This document shows positions 33,217-43,843 of a stretch of DNA of 64,000 nt, in pieces. Below the pieces are notes generated by a model. It saw only the letters and a program-made list of their open reading frames with translations, ran no database searches and was not told the DNA's origin. A program made the position numbers and the translations under genes. Origin of the DNA: Wickerhamiella versatilis (taxonomy: Eukaryota); assembly GCA_030867685.1 (NCBI GenBank), contig JAQOWU010000007.1, positions 1,984,001 through 2,048,000 of the forward strand, given 5' to 3'. The first letter of the stretch is position 1, and every line of letters begins with the position of its first letter.

Positions 33217-35358
33217 ATGCCCGCGCAGCCAGCGCCAGGGCCACATCCTACAGCGAAATCCGCACGTAGAATCATAAAAAGTCCTAATGAGATGCGTTCC
33301 CTGAAGCGAGGAGCTCGATATGCGACTAATAGTCAAGGAGAATATGAGTCTACATCCTTATCAACTCCGGGAAACTTGGGTCCACAAGCCTCATTGCCTA
33401 TCCTTTACATGGCATTACCACGTCCACAAAAGGGTGTCTTAATACTTGGTGAATCCAATGGGGCTCTCTTCGAATTCGATGACCATAAAAGGTTGTTCTC
33501 TTGGCCCGGGTTGGCGTGGAGGTCAGAACCCCTCTATTCAACCACTGAGCGTAAAATGACATTATTCTACCCGCATGATAGAGACAACAACGATTACATT
33601 TCCTTCCAGTATCGACCATCCCTGCATAAGTCCCTTGTCGAGTTTTTGGCTCGCAGAAACGTCATAGCTATCGAAAATGTTCCGTACCCATCACAGGTGA
33701 ACAGAGTAAAGCGTAGATTCGACCACATCAAGGAATTAACAGGAAACAACCTGCTGCTTAGAGCCGATCTATTGTCGGCAAAGGGAAGGAGGCCGGTAGC
33801 TCTTCAGTTCCAAGAGGAGTTTTTTCGAGTTTTTCGTCTAGATACTGATTCTCGAGATATCACCCAGCCGTCTGGCAGCTATGAGTGGGCGGAGATAAGG
33901 GCGAGTATTGGTGAGGGTGAATCTGACGATGAGCTCGCTGTAATAATACGATACAAAGATAACGCAGTTACTTTCTACATCAATAAAAAGCATGGACGTG
34001 AAACTCGTTTGACGTTAAGCGGACACAATTGCACCGATGGTTCTGTCGTGGACATAAAACAAGTTCAAAGAGCTGTCCAGGAGCTTCCCAGCTCTCCTCA
34101 GAAACCCCCTAGCACTCCAACCAAGCGTGCTATTTCACCAGAGCGCTTCTATGGGAGCAGCCCTGGTGCCTCAGAAGATAGAGATAACAGCCCTAGCAGA
34201 GGTGCTGCAAAGAATAACCGTGGAGGTAGCGAGGCGGATCCAATAATCCTGGATACCCCCGCCAAGAAACGCCCCAGGCGGGCGGCAACGGAAAACGTTA
34301 AATATACTGAGACTGACGATCCCTTGGAGCCACTAGAACCAACAGAGGAAGATATATCTGCTCTGCGAAAGGCAGGCTATCTATCGTTTAAATATGAATT
34401 TCAGGATAAACGAAAAATCGAGATTAATATCGAAGACATTGCACGTCTAGGTGATCGCATATACTTAAATGATGTTGTGGTGGATTTCTTCATGAAACAA
34501 GGTCTCGAGTCTCTAGTGATGCGCGACCCTGCTTGGGCTGATAAAATACTACTAGTCAACACGTTTTTTTTCACTCAGGCGACATCTCGCGTAAACCAGC
34601 TTTCTGGTTGGGTCGCCAAACTGCCCTTTTTTGAGCGCCATATCACCATTCTCCCTATTCATCAGCGCCATCACTGGTCTGTGGCTGTTATTGTTGGTAT
34701 GGATGAATATCCGCGTGTTCAGCCCACAATTGTAATTTTGGATTCGTTGCTGGGGTCCGGAGTGGACCGTACCCAGTTCCGACAGGTTTCAACAGCTTTA
34801 GGGAAAATATTCAGAGCCCAAGGTAAGGATCCCCCCAATATTAGAGGATACCGCACTGTTGCCGCAGCCGTTCCTCTGCAGCCAAATTCGACGGACTGTG
34901 GCGTCTACATGATACATTACTTGCAGCAAATATTCGAGAATCCGGCGGAGTTCGCTGGTTACATCGAACCAAAAGTCGCAGAGACCAATGATCCTTCTGA
35001 GGCCAGTATCCCTGCAAATCCGATGAAAAGTGAGGTGCTGAACGTACCAGAGTTCTGGAAACCCTCTGAGCTCAAAACAAAACGGAAAACTCTTCAAAGC
35101 ATGCTTTTAGAACTAGGACGACGGCTGGGACCCGACTCCATAAGTCCGTCAAATGTCATCGACTCTGATGCAGAGGACTACGAAATACTAATAACGGGTA
35201 TAGAGTCCGTGAAGAAGAGCACGCCACCCGCAAAGAAGGTGCTTCCTGAGAGATCCAGGCCCACCTTACGAGGTAAATCGCCTGAAGTGGACTTACATTC
35301 CGATGCATTAAATGACACATACAAGAGCTCTGATCAGGCTGAAAAGCAATGCCCATAG
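33217..35358 (+). CDS. SUMO protease, peptidase C48 (Ulp2-like)
   Basis: YLNDVVVDFFM, NTFFF, PIHQRHHWS (His), ILDSL (Asp) and QPNSTDCG (Gln/Cys) catalytic motifs. Confidence 0.85.
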   Translation: MPAQPAPGPHPTAKSARRIIKSPNEMRSLKRGARYATNSQGEYESTSLSTPGNLGPQASLPILYMALPRPQKGVLILGESNGALFEFDDHKRLFSWPGLAWRSEPLYSTTERKMTLFYPHDRDNNDYISFQYRPSLHKSLVEFLARRNVIAIENVPYPSQVNRVKRRFDHIKELTGNNLLLRADLLSAKGRRPVALQFQEEFFRVFRLDTDSRDITQPSGSYEWAEIRASIGEGESDDELAVIIRYKDNAVTFYINKKHGRETRLTLSGHNCTDGSVVDIKQVQRAVQELPSSPQKPPSTPTKRAISPERFYGSSPGASEDRDNSPSRGAAKNNRGGSEADPIILDTPAKKRPRRAATENVKYTETDDPLEPLEPTEEDISALRKAGYLSFKYEFQDKRKIEINIEDIARLGDRIYLNDVVVDFFMKQGLESLVMRDPAWADKILLVNTFFFTQATSRVNQLSGWVAKLPFFERHITILPIHQRHHWSVAVIVGMDEYPRVQPTIVILDSLLGSGVDRTQFRQVSTALGKIFRAQGKDPPNIRGYRTVAAAVPLQPNSTDCGVYMIHYLQQIFENPAEFAGYIEPKVAETNDPSEASIPANPMKSEVLNVPEFWKPSELKTKRKTLQSMLLELGRRLGPDSISPSNVIDSDAEDYEILITGIESVKKSTPPAKKVLPERSRPTLRGKSPEVDLHSDALNDTYKSSDQAEKQCP

Positions 35359-35542
35359 TGTGACCTTAATATACTGGCAGCGGCGGTGATTATAAGTGGT
35401 TCCTGGCTATTCAAGTTTTCTACATCTGGAGAGCAGCTTTTAAAGTCTTCCTAATGGTAGCTGTATTATTTATTTTATGTATTGCTTTATATTGATCAAT
35501 TTAAGCACTTTGGTATCAATCATCGTAGATTGGTGTTTAGTC

Positions 35543-37300
35543 ATGAGCAGTGATGGTGACGCGTCTGCCGTGGCGGATGCAGTAATTTATGCCATTGACT
35601 CTTCCCTGGTCATGTTTCAGAGCGGTGTGGTCCGCCAAAGTCTTGACGCAGTATGTGATAGTATGAGGAGAACAATACCGACAAATTCACAAACCCAGTT
35701 CTGTATTTTTCTTTACAACTGTCTCGTTGAGCAGGAGGGAGAAAAGGTGGCAGGAATCTCTACAATATTGAGATTGAGTCGTCCGAACCCCCAAGATGTT
35801 CGCCGTGTATTGGTTCTATCCCAGGACGATGTCGAGCTTGGTAAAGTTGTTGAGCCTGCAAAAAACCCCGTGAAAACTCCAATATATCAGGTATTCAGTA
35901 CTGTTCAGTCTGAGTTTCAGCAAGGCCTGAACCAGAGAAAGCTCTCAACAATGTCGCGGAAGTTTGTGATTATCACCAACGATGATGAGCCACATGACCC
36001 AAGGTCCTCTGCGGGTAGAGTGGCCAGAGCAAAAAGCCAGGATTTGACTGGTATCGGTATCCAAGTGATACCTATATTTATTGGCGAAGGGTTTCGACCG
36101 CAGCTATTTTGGCAAGATTTACACTATCTGCCTCCAGGGCAGAGGCTTCCGATTGAGGAATATTGTAAGCCAGTGGATGATGTTCATTTAAAAGCAGTAT
36201 TACTTTCGAAGACGTATCCCAAAAGGGCTGTTGCCAGACTTCATATAGAGCTTGGGCACCTAAGATTCCCCGTGCGAGGTTACAATCTTATTTACCCAAA
36301 AAAAAAGCCACTGGCAGTAAAAGCATGGGTCGATGGGGAAGAAGTACACGAGGTGGAGACTAAAACATCATATCTAGATGTGAATTCAGGCGAAGAACTC
36401 GGGAATGCTGATTTGTCCTATGAGTTTACTTTCTCGGGATGCGGCGTGCCTGTATCGGGGGATGAACTTTCAGAACTTCGCCATTTTGAGGAACCTGTTG
36501 TTCGGATTCTGGGCTTTTGTCCCTGGCCGAAGCAGTATTTCAAGGTCAGGCCCCCATTGTTTTTATATCCTGATGGGCAGGGAATGCAGGCTGCGGGGAC
36601 ACTCAGGCAATCCCTTATATCTAAGAGTAGGGTTGCTGTGGTATATTATGTTCATCGTGGTACCCCGTTTCTTGCTTATATGTATCCTGCAACTAATCCT
36701 GATGGCTTTTGGGTCACTTTTTTACCTCATACCGATGATCTACGTGAACTTCCCCAAAAGTACACAGAACAAGTATGTGCGCCCCCTGATCTTATCAAGA
36801 AAGCACATTCCATCACCAGTAATCTCAACTTAGGGCAATTTGACCCCAAAAGATATCCCAATCCCCAAATTGCGGATATAACTGCGAGCTTGGAGAGTAT
36901 AGCCTTGTCGCTACCTGAACCCGAAGATATCAACGATAAAACTATTCCTAAATACAGATCTATCGCGAAAAGGGATGGCAAAGCAATATCTCTTTTCAAT
37001 GAAAGCCTACGTGAGGCCTATGACGATTGGTATCGTTCAATTCCTTCTGTCAAGGAGATTGAACCACCACGCGAAGATGTTGTCATCCAACCCATGAAAA
37101 AAAGACGTCTTGTTAATAGCATTGAGGATGCATACCTCTACTTTGAGCAAGACAGACTGAATGAGTTGTACAAAAGTGATCTTGTGGCACTTCTTGAAAA
37201 GTTTGAAATCAAAATCCCGCCTCGAGCTACAAAGCACGACCTGGCTGCACTCTTATCTCAGCAGTTCAATCATGCCGTTAAGAAGAGCTCCACTTCATAG
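35543..37300 (+). CDS. YKU70: Ku70 DNA end-binding subunit
   Basis: vWA start DAVIYAIDSS..M, IITNDDEP, RILGF, LPHTDDLR, YPNPQI, DKTIPKY and SAP-like C-terminus. Confidence 0.85.
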   Translation: MSSDGDASAVADAVIYAIDSSLVMFQSGVVRQSLDAVCDSMRRTIPTNSQTQFCIFLYNCLVEQEGEKVAGISTILRLSRPNPQDVRRVLVLSQDDVELGKVVEPAKNPVKTPIYQVFSTVQSEFQQGLNQRKLSTMSRKFVIITNDDEPHDPRSSAGRVARAKSQDLTGIGIQVIPIFIGEGFRPQLFWQDLHYLPPGQRLPIEEYCKPVDDVHLKAVLLSKTYPKRAVARLHIELGHLRFPVRGYNLIYPKKKPLAVKAWVDGEEVHEVETKTSYLDVNSGEELGNADLSYEFTFSGCGVPVSGDELSELRHFEEPVVRILGFCPWPKQYFKVRPPLFLYPDGQGMQAAGTLRQSLISKSRVAVVYYVHRGTPFLAYMYPATNPDGFWVTFLPHTDDLRELPQKYTEQVCAPPDLIKKAHSITSNLNLGQFDPKRYPNPQIADITASLESIALSLPEPEDINDKTIPKYRSIAKRDGKAISLFNESLREAYDDWYRSIPSVKEIEPPREDVVIQPMKKRRLVNSIEDAYLYFEQDRLNELYKSDLVALLEKFEIKIPPRATKHDLAALLSQQFNHAVKKSSTS

Positions 37301-37525
37301 AAGTGAAGATAATTGAAACTTGGATCCAAGGCGGGATCCCACCATTTTATGAAGTATATGATTTTTGCCATAATTTCGTTCTGATCTAGTATTGTGCCCT
37401 AAGTTTAGTCGTGTCATCCTATAGAAGGTCTAGATATAATATGCATGTAATTTGGCAGTTTGCTGACTGAACCAACTAGCTAGCTAACTGAACGCAGTAT
37501 CATATCAGTGCAGCAGCTAAGCTCG

Positions 37526-38761
37526 ATGCAAGTGGTCATAATTGGAGGGGGGATGGCTGGTCTCGCTGCTGCTGCCGAGCTTACGCAGAACGGGGCGAGA
37601 GTCACATTAATAGAGGCCCTCTCTCGGCTTGGAGGACGTATTGATGGGGACATGGGCGCCTCGTGGATGCACGACACATTGATCAACCCCTTAGTTAATA
37701 CTGCAATAAAAATTGGGCTTAAATTGAGATATCAAGAAACAGATTACTATTCTCAAGAGGATGGAAAGCTCAATGACGAAATGGTCGGTTGTCTAATTGA
37801 TTTTGAACATCAGATCCTGCTAGATTTCCACGAAGAAAAGCCTAGACGCAAAGATATCTCACTAAAAGACTATACTTCAGAGTTTGCTGCGGAATTTCCG
37901 TTTTTGACCAGCAAACAAAGATACCTCTTGCCTCAGATAGTACGGGCGATTAGCGAACATTTCATTGCATGTGAGTGGACACAAATTGCTGCGTCGGATG
38001 GTATTTCTGGGCATACTGGTAGAGATTTGCTCATAGAAGAGGGCTACGATAAGATCCTTGAGTGGGTCAAAAATTCCATAGATTGGAATTTGGTTGATCT
38101 TTACTTGAATATGAAAGTCACCGAGATTACCAACAACACTGTATCAGTTGATAGGAATGGTCAGACATTTTCTGGTGATTTCGTTCTATGCACCCTGCCA
38201 TTGGGACAGCTGTCCCCAATTTTGTTCAAACTTGAGCTACCCGGTGCACTTCGAGCTGCCATGAAAACACCTATGGCTAATCTTGGGAAAGTCATTCTCG
38301 AGTTTCCATGCCGCTTCTGGCAGAGCAAGGGCCGGCAGATGATAGTTACTCGTTCCAATGGGCCCCCTATTACAATTTGTGATAATTGGCCAGACAAGTC
38401 ACGAATTATGCTTATAACAGGACCACCTTTGACACATAAACTTGAATCTAATCCAGATATTACCTGGTCTGAGGTCAAATGGGCACTTGAGATAGTTCGC
38501 AATAACGCTTCTCTTCCGGTTCCGAACCCTATTTCTGTGAGTGTCTCGAACTGGACTGTTAATCCCCTTTTTGGAGGATCTTATATGGGATCCACTTTAG
38601 ACTACGATTACTCCGACTGTATTCAGCCTTTTATTGACGGTGTCAACCAGCTAAGGTTTGCTGGAGAGCACACTGTTTTCGATGGTAATGGCACCGTTAA
38701 CGGCGCATATGAGAGCGGGAAGAGAGAGGCTCACCTGATGTTAGAACCTTACGATATTTGA
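37526..38761 (+). CDS. Flavin-containing amine/polyamine oxidase (Fms1/Cbp1-like)
   Basis: GGGMAGL dinucleotide fold, RLGGRI, DMGASWMHDTLINPL and FAGEHTVFDGNGTVNGAYESGKREA. Confidence 0.85.
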   Translation: MQVVIIGGGMAGLAAAAELTQNGARVTLIEALSRLGGRIDGDMGASWMHDTLINPLVNTAIKIGLKLRYQETDYYSQEDGKLNDEMVGCLIDFEHQILLDFHEEKPRRKDISLKDYTSEFAAEFPFLTSKQRYLLPQIVRAISEHFIACEWTQIAASDGISGHTGRDLLIEEGYDKILEWVKNSIDWNLVDLYLNMKVTEITNNTVSVDRNGQTFSGDFVLCTLPLGQLSPILFKLELPGALRAAMKTPMANLGKVILEFPCRFWQSKGRQMIVTRSNGPPITICDNWPDKSRIMLITGPPLTHKLESNPDITWSEVKWALEIVRNNASLPVPNPISVSVSNWTVNPLFGGSYMGSTLDYDYSDCIQPFIDGVNQLRFAGEHTVFDGNGTVNGAYESGKREAHLMLEPYDI

Positions 38762-39006
38762 CCTGATACATGGAGGTAATTGAATCTCATGATTCTTTAG
38801 AGCGTTGAAAATGGCGTATAATATGTATGTATATATGTATATATGTATGGCTCATTAATCGAGATATTATAGTGGCTATACTTTTATGAAGCGTATTTCC
38901 ATCGTTAATTCTATGCTTTCAGGACATACCTGCATTGTTTATGTTCTTCAGTGGAATTTACTAGATACGAGGTTATATCTGAGTAATTTAGATAAAGCCA
39001 CTTGTC

Positions 39007-39636
39007 ATGACAGCTGTACTGTTCACACGATCATTTTGCCCTTACGCACTTGCCGCTGAGGCATTGGTTCGCTATCTCAATATTAATATTCAAATCGTGA
39101 GCGTAAGTGAAGATCCAACACAGTTCAATGAAATCTTCCCTGTCGGCAACAGATTGACCCCTGCGATATATGACCCCGCTACTGGATTCCATGTCAATCA
39201 AAGCATTGCTGTCAACAATTACCTCCTTGATGTAGCCCCTGAGAAAAAGGGTCTTGAGGGAACACACTTTACGGACCGATATCTAATTGAACAGTGGTCT
39301 GCTCTGACAACAGGAGACTTGGTTGGAGCACTTAAGCCCATTCCATTCGCGATATGGGGCTACAGACCTGCTTTGTCTGAAAAAGAGCGTAGTGATGTCC
39401 TGAAGTCTGCCGAGAAACCTGCTGGTGTTCTCGAAAACCATCTGTCCAAGAATAAATATTTGCTTGGGGATAAGTTGACTCTCGCCGATCTTCAGGGTGC
39501 CGGAGCCTGTACTATGGTATACATGGTTGGTTCAGAATGGCGGAAGTCACACCCCCACTTCACTAGATGGTTCGAGGACGTCATAAGAAGCGAGCCTTTT
39601 GGTGATCGATTTCAGAACCTGGCGCTTCTAGGTTGA
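39007..39636 (+). CDS. Glutathione S-transferase-like protein (EF1B-gamma N-domain type)
   Basis: TPAI..cis-Pro, QSIAV, LENHLSKNKYLLGDKLTLADL and HPHFTRWF. Confidence 0.85.
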   Translation: MTAVLFTRSFCPYALAAEALVRYLNINIQIVSVSEDPTQFNEIFPVGNRLTPAIYDPATGFHVNQSIAVNNYLLDVAPEKKGLEGTHFTDRYLIEQWSALTTGDLVGALKPIPFAIWGYRPALSEKERSDVLKSAEKPAGVLENHLSKNKYLLGDKLTLADLQGAGACTMVYMVGSEWRKSHPHFTRWFEDVIRSEPFGDRFQNLALLG

Positions 39637-39684
39637 TATATAGGCAATTAAACCGCAAATTTTAGGTGATAGCTTTTTAGAAAA

Positions 39685-40113
39685 ATGTCCCTCGAAAGCG
39701 TAAACTCAGATCGTATGGTCGCCTATATCATAGGCGCGGATAGTCAAATTGACAATGCCTTTGCTACTGTTTTCAAAGCGTTCTATCCCCTTATTGGAGA
39801 GTTTAGTGAAGCTATTGGTAACGTGTTTGTCGGGCCATTTGTTCAAGCTGTCACTAATGACGCCGTAGTTTTCGTTTCTAACCTCATTGGTGGCACAGAA
39901 TTCCGAGTACATGCAAAGATAGTAGGTTGCCTTATCGGTGACTATTCACATCTCGCAAATGTCTCGAGCAAAAGCAATGTGGATGCATCAAATCTCCAGG
40001 ATCTCAACAAGCAGAGAATACTTTACCAAAGTAGAGAAGCTGATGTTTTTTTTCGCATTCGATACAATTTTTTATCTATTTACCTGTTCGATTTAACTAT
40101 TTTCCCCCCATAA
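39685..40113 (+). CDS. Single-unit, leaderless homolog of the repeat domain of the 60614..58326 polyprotein (possibly a pseudogene)
   Basis: GADSQIDNA.ATV, SEA..NV..GPFVQ.VTN.A.V..SNL.GG align without gaps to the repeat unit. Confidence 0.6.
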   Translation: MSLESVNSDRMVAYIIGADSQIDNAFATVFKAFYPLIGEFSEAIGNVFVGPFVQAVTNDAVVFVSNLIGGTEFRVHAKIVGCLIGDYSHLANVSSKSNVDASNLQDLNKQRILYQSREADVFFRIRYNFLSIYLFDLTIFPP

Positions 40114-40189
40114 TTTAGCTTTAGCATGAATATAATCTACCTCTAGCTATCAACATTTAAGCTTACATATTTACTGCCCTTAGTTCCCC

Positions 40190-43100
40190 ATGCCCCACGC
40201 GCCAAGCGTGTGTTCGATACCATTAGAACAAAGTCATGCAGTTGCAGATGAGCTTCGGGTAAATGGTGAGCTTGTAGAATGGTGGCGTGCAGGACGCGTT
40301 TACCAGCGGTTTTCTGTGGGTAAGCCAGTAACTCATGCTTTATTTGCGACCTTTCAGCAAGAACAGCATGTAGTTCTCTTTTGTGGAATGGCAGCACATG
40401 CGTTTGGTTGCATTTCAGGGCGAGATGTTTTGATGGAGTATCATTTTGTACCATCGCGTGTATTGAGCTGTGCTCAAGGTTGTGTACTCATGGATCCAAA
40501 TGAGGGACATACGTACCTAATGACTGACCCTCTAAAATTACTGGGGCTTGTTGTTCCAAGCTCTCTGTATAAACTTGGTCATGAATTGTTATGGTTCGGT
40601 ACGAAATCCACCTCTCTAGCAGTTTACCGGACAGGCCGGAGTGGTGGTGTTTATGCAATTCGTTACCTTTCTGGTGCTGCTGGTGGGTCTAATGCTGAGC
40701 TCCATCCTTCTCTGGGATCTATAAGTCGAAAACTATCTAGGAGATTGAGCAGGCGCATATCCACAGGGCCAGATTTTTCGGAGATCCCTCGAGAAGAATT
40801 AGCGGAAACATTCCGCAAGGAGGCGGTCCTCACCAAAGTTGCATCATTTCAGGTTGAAGGCGATGAGGTAGTTATAGAAGCTCATCTTGGGCCCTCCAAG
40901 CAAGAGGCATTATATCTGCTAGATCGGAAATCGCACCGCCTTCATACATTTTTGTATAGCTCCTGGGCAGGTGTGCAGAAACATGAAGTTCATGAAAACA
41001 TTTCTGGGATTGCTGCTATCTCAGGCTTCACAATTGGGGCCACTAATTATCCATATATACTAGTGCTTTCTGATGATCACTCTCTTCGTATTTGGTCGGT
41101 ATGGTCACCTGCCATAATGATCAATATAACGGGCTCAACGATAAAAAGCGCATCAGGGAATGCTTTCTTCCTCGATAATAAACCATTCCTGGCCTTTGTG
41201 TGCTTGAAAGATCCTCTGATAAGAGTATCGCTTCAGATACTGGAAGCCCTTGCTGGCCCCCAAGTTGTTGCTGCTACCGCTGCCAGGCTTCTTACAAGCA
41301 ATACAAGCGAATGGCAGGAATTTTGTCAGGTTTTGCCCACCCTTGTAAATTATCCTGGCTATATCTTACATCTTCATTTTCTCCATGAGGAGCTGGAACT
41401 CAGTTGTCATGGTAGAAAAGATAGTCATCGTCTTGCGGAAGCATTACGCTCCTCTGATATCCCTGGGTTAGAGGAATATTATACTAACGGCATATCATCC
41501 GATGAATTTCCTTCTATTTTTTCGTGCCTAGCCTCTTTATTTGGCCGCGAGCCTATCCTATATCCAGTCTCCAAAGAGTTCGAAAAAATCTATATCCTCA
41601 CTAAGATGGTATTTTCATTTTTTTCTTTGATTAAATCAGGCATGAATGGTACCGCATTAATGAATGAAATAAATTCTTTGGGAATCGTAAGACGATTGAA
41701 GGACTTCGCTCCCGCGGTACAGGTGGTCATAAGCCATATCCTAGAGTTCATAACGCCGCATTATGAGATTGCTGCACCGGAGTCACCAGACATGTTCCCC
41801 TATGATGAACGTCTTGCTAAAGTGGTGCTAAAGCTACAAACAACCGATCCACATAGGGTTACGCGCCCGAGCGAAGAGGTTTTCACAGAAGTGCTGGGAC
41901 GTGTCGGTGAGGCCGTCGCATTGAGAACGCTAGCAACCTCATATGGACGTGGCTTGATATTGTACTCCAGCTCTACAAAACTGCTTTGTGAGACCATAGA
42001 GGTGCCTGATTTGAATTTTAGCTTTGAATTTATTGGATCTGATCACGTAGTTTCTTATTCTGGCGAGTACAAGAACGAGGAGATACATTCGTGGGGAGAA
42101 TTTGCACACGGATGTGCCATTGGATTGGAGTTCAGGGGCCCTGCAACAGTAACTGGCTCCTGGGTCAATCCCTCTGGTGACACCAGCCCGGGTCCTAGCC
42201 ATGGTGGCTTGCTCTATGGCATAGGACTCTCTGGATTGCTTAATGACCTGGAAGAATGGTTTATTTACCGATATCTTGGACACCAAAGTACACACAATAG
42301 TGTAGGATTGCTACTTGGGCTCGCTGCTTCTTCAAGAGGTTCGATGGACCAAAAGCTCACCAAAGTTTTGAGTGTTCATGTCTCGGCACTATTGCCGCGT
42401 GGTGCAGCAGATCTACAAGTAAATCCTGATGTCCATTACGCTTCTGTGCTGGCCTTGGGTCTGCTGTATCACGGCACAGGACATAATCGAATGGCGGAGA
42501 AGCTTTTTTCTGAGCTAAAGACTACAGGATCCGAAAGTTATCGAATGGCTTGTGGTATATCTTTAGGTCTCATATATGCAGGAAAGGCGTCCAAGCTAGA
42601 CGGTAGCCGAATAGCTGCCATAGCCTTGCAAGAAAGTGATGAACCTGATCCAACTCAGTTAGCTGCATCAGGTGCTACTTGGGCTCTTCTCTTGGCATAC
42701 CTCAAGTCTAATGACCATATAATGGCTGAAAAACTTGCCCTCCCACCCACAAATACTGCAGCGCAATATGTACGGCCAGACATAGTCCTGCTACGAAATA
42801 TGGCTCGTCATGTTATTATGTGGGATTCGGTCATCCCCACTTACGACTGGATTGTCAGTACTATTCCGAAAGGCCTAGGAAATCCCTGGCATTTATATGC
42901 ACAAGTAGGTGCGTGCCTCGCACTAGGGTTACGATATGCAGGTACTTACTCTAGTGAAGCTTTGGAGGCCCTGCACACTTGCTCCTCTAAAATTGATCAA
43001 AACGAAGAGACTGGATTAGAATTTCCTCAGGACTTTGTCAAAGAAGCATTCAGGCTCATACGGCTAGCTATGTCTTTGGTGTTCGCTGGCTCTGGCGATA

Positions 43101-43828
43101 TCACTCTTACACGCCTAGTGGATGAAGATTTGGCGAAATTGGACCTTAATCAAAATATGTCGGAGCCCAGCCGATTTTTTCGTCATTACAACTCCCTTTC
43201 TATCATTGGACAAACCTTGGGATTTTTGTACTTAGGCAAGGGAACTCTTTCATTCAAAAATGATCCCATGAGTCTTGGACTTGTTGCTACAAGTCTTGCC
43301 CCGTTCTTGGGTACAGCCGTCCCGGCAGTTTCATGGGCGCACTTGCGCTTCTGGGCTTCTATGGGTTTGGAGCCGCGCTCTCTAACAGTCAAAGATGCGG
43401 ACACCGGCGAAAACGTCCGCGCAGATGTCGTTTTCCAAGGTGGTGATAGTGATATTAAAAATAACATGGAAGCACAGACGCCTTGTCTCATACCTCAAAG
43501 CACTCTGGTGATGAAGCTTTCTGCCCCTGGCTATGCTCCTGTGGTCCATCATACTGCGAATTGCAGTAGCCTTGAGTTTCGAATCCAGCCCCTCGATAAA
43601 AATAGGCACACCTTGGCGCGCCTGCTAGAAAGCAATCCTTTAAAGGATATCGCTATGGATGTCCTTACTGAAATGTCTCGAAATCCAGTCCGGCCGAGCG
43701 ACCTTGGAAACCTTCTTTTACTCTTTGCATTCATTGATGAGTGGCGAGATACCCATGGGTTTGAGGAGGTTGCGCGTGCAGCGGAAATCTGTCGTCTTAA
43801 TTTATGGAAAATTACATATAATCATTAA
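40190..43828 (+). CDS. APC1: Anaphase-promoting complex subunit 1
   Basis: PC repeats HGGLLYGIGLSG, SVGLLLGLAAS.RGSMD, LSVHVSALLP, RPDIVLLR..ARHVIMWD and LGLRYAGT. Confidence 0.88.
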   Translation: MPHAPSVCSIPLEQSHAVADELRVNGELVEWWRAGRVYQRFSVGKPVTHALFATFQQEQHVVLFCGMAAHAFGCISGRDVLMEYHFVPSRVLSCAQGCVLMDPNEGHTYLMTDPLKLLGLVVPSSLYKLGHELLWFGTKSTSLAVYRTGRSGGVYAIRYLSGAAGGSNAELHPSLGSISRKLSRRLSRRISTGPDFSEIPREELAETFRKEAVLTKVASFQVEGDEVVIEAHLGPSKQEALYLLDRKSHRLHTFLYSSWAGVQKHEVHENISGIAAISGFTIGATNYPYILVLSDDHSLRIWSVWSPAIMINITGSTIKSASGNAFFLDNKPFLAFVCLKDPLIRVSLQILEALAGPQVVAATAARLLTSNTSEWQEFCQVLPTLVNYPGYILHLHFLHEELELSCHGRKDSHRLAEALRSSDIPGLEEYYTNGISSDEFPSIFSCLASLFGREPILYPVSKEFEKIYILTKMVFSFFSLIKSGMNGTALMNEINSLGIVRRLKDFAPAVQVVISHILEFITPHYEIAAPESPDMFPYDERLAKVVLKLQTTDPHRVTRPSEEVFTEVLGRVGEAVALRTLATSYGRGLILYSSSTKLLCETIEVPDLNFSFEFIGSDHVVSYSGEYKNEEIHSWGEFAHGCAIGLEFRGPATVTGSWVNPSGDTSPGPSHGGLLYGIGLSGLLNDLEEWFIYRYLGHQSTHNSVGLLLGLAASSRGSMDQKLTKVLSVHVSALLPRGAADLQVNPDVHYASVLALGLLYHGTGHNRMAEKLFSELKTTGSESYRMACGISLGLIYAGKASKLDGSRIAAIALQESDEPDPTQLAASGATWALLLAYLKSNDHIMAEKLALPPTNTAAQYVRPDIVLLRNMARHVIMWDSVIPTYDWIVSTIPKGLGNPWHLYAQVGACLALGLRYAGTYSSEALEALHTCSSKIDQNEETGLEFPQDFVKEAFRLIRLAMSLVFAGSGDITLTRLVDEDLAKLDLNQNMSEPSRFFRHYNSLSIIGQTLGFLYLGKGTLSFKNDPMSLGLVATSLAPFLGTAVPAVSWAHLRFWASMGLEPRSLTVKDADTGENVRADVVFQGGDSDIKNNMEAQTPCLIPQSTLVMKLSAPGYAPVVHHTANCSSLEFRIQPLDKNRHTLARLLESNPLKDIAMDVLTEMSRNPVRPSDLGNLLLLFAFIDEWRDTHGFEEVARAAEICRLNLWKITYNH

Positions 43829-43843
43829 ACAAAAATTGAAAAA

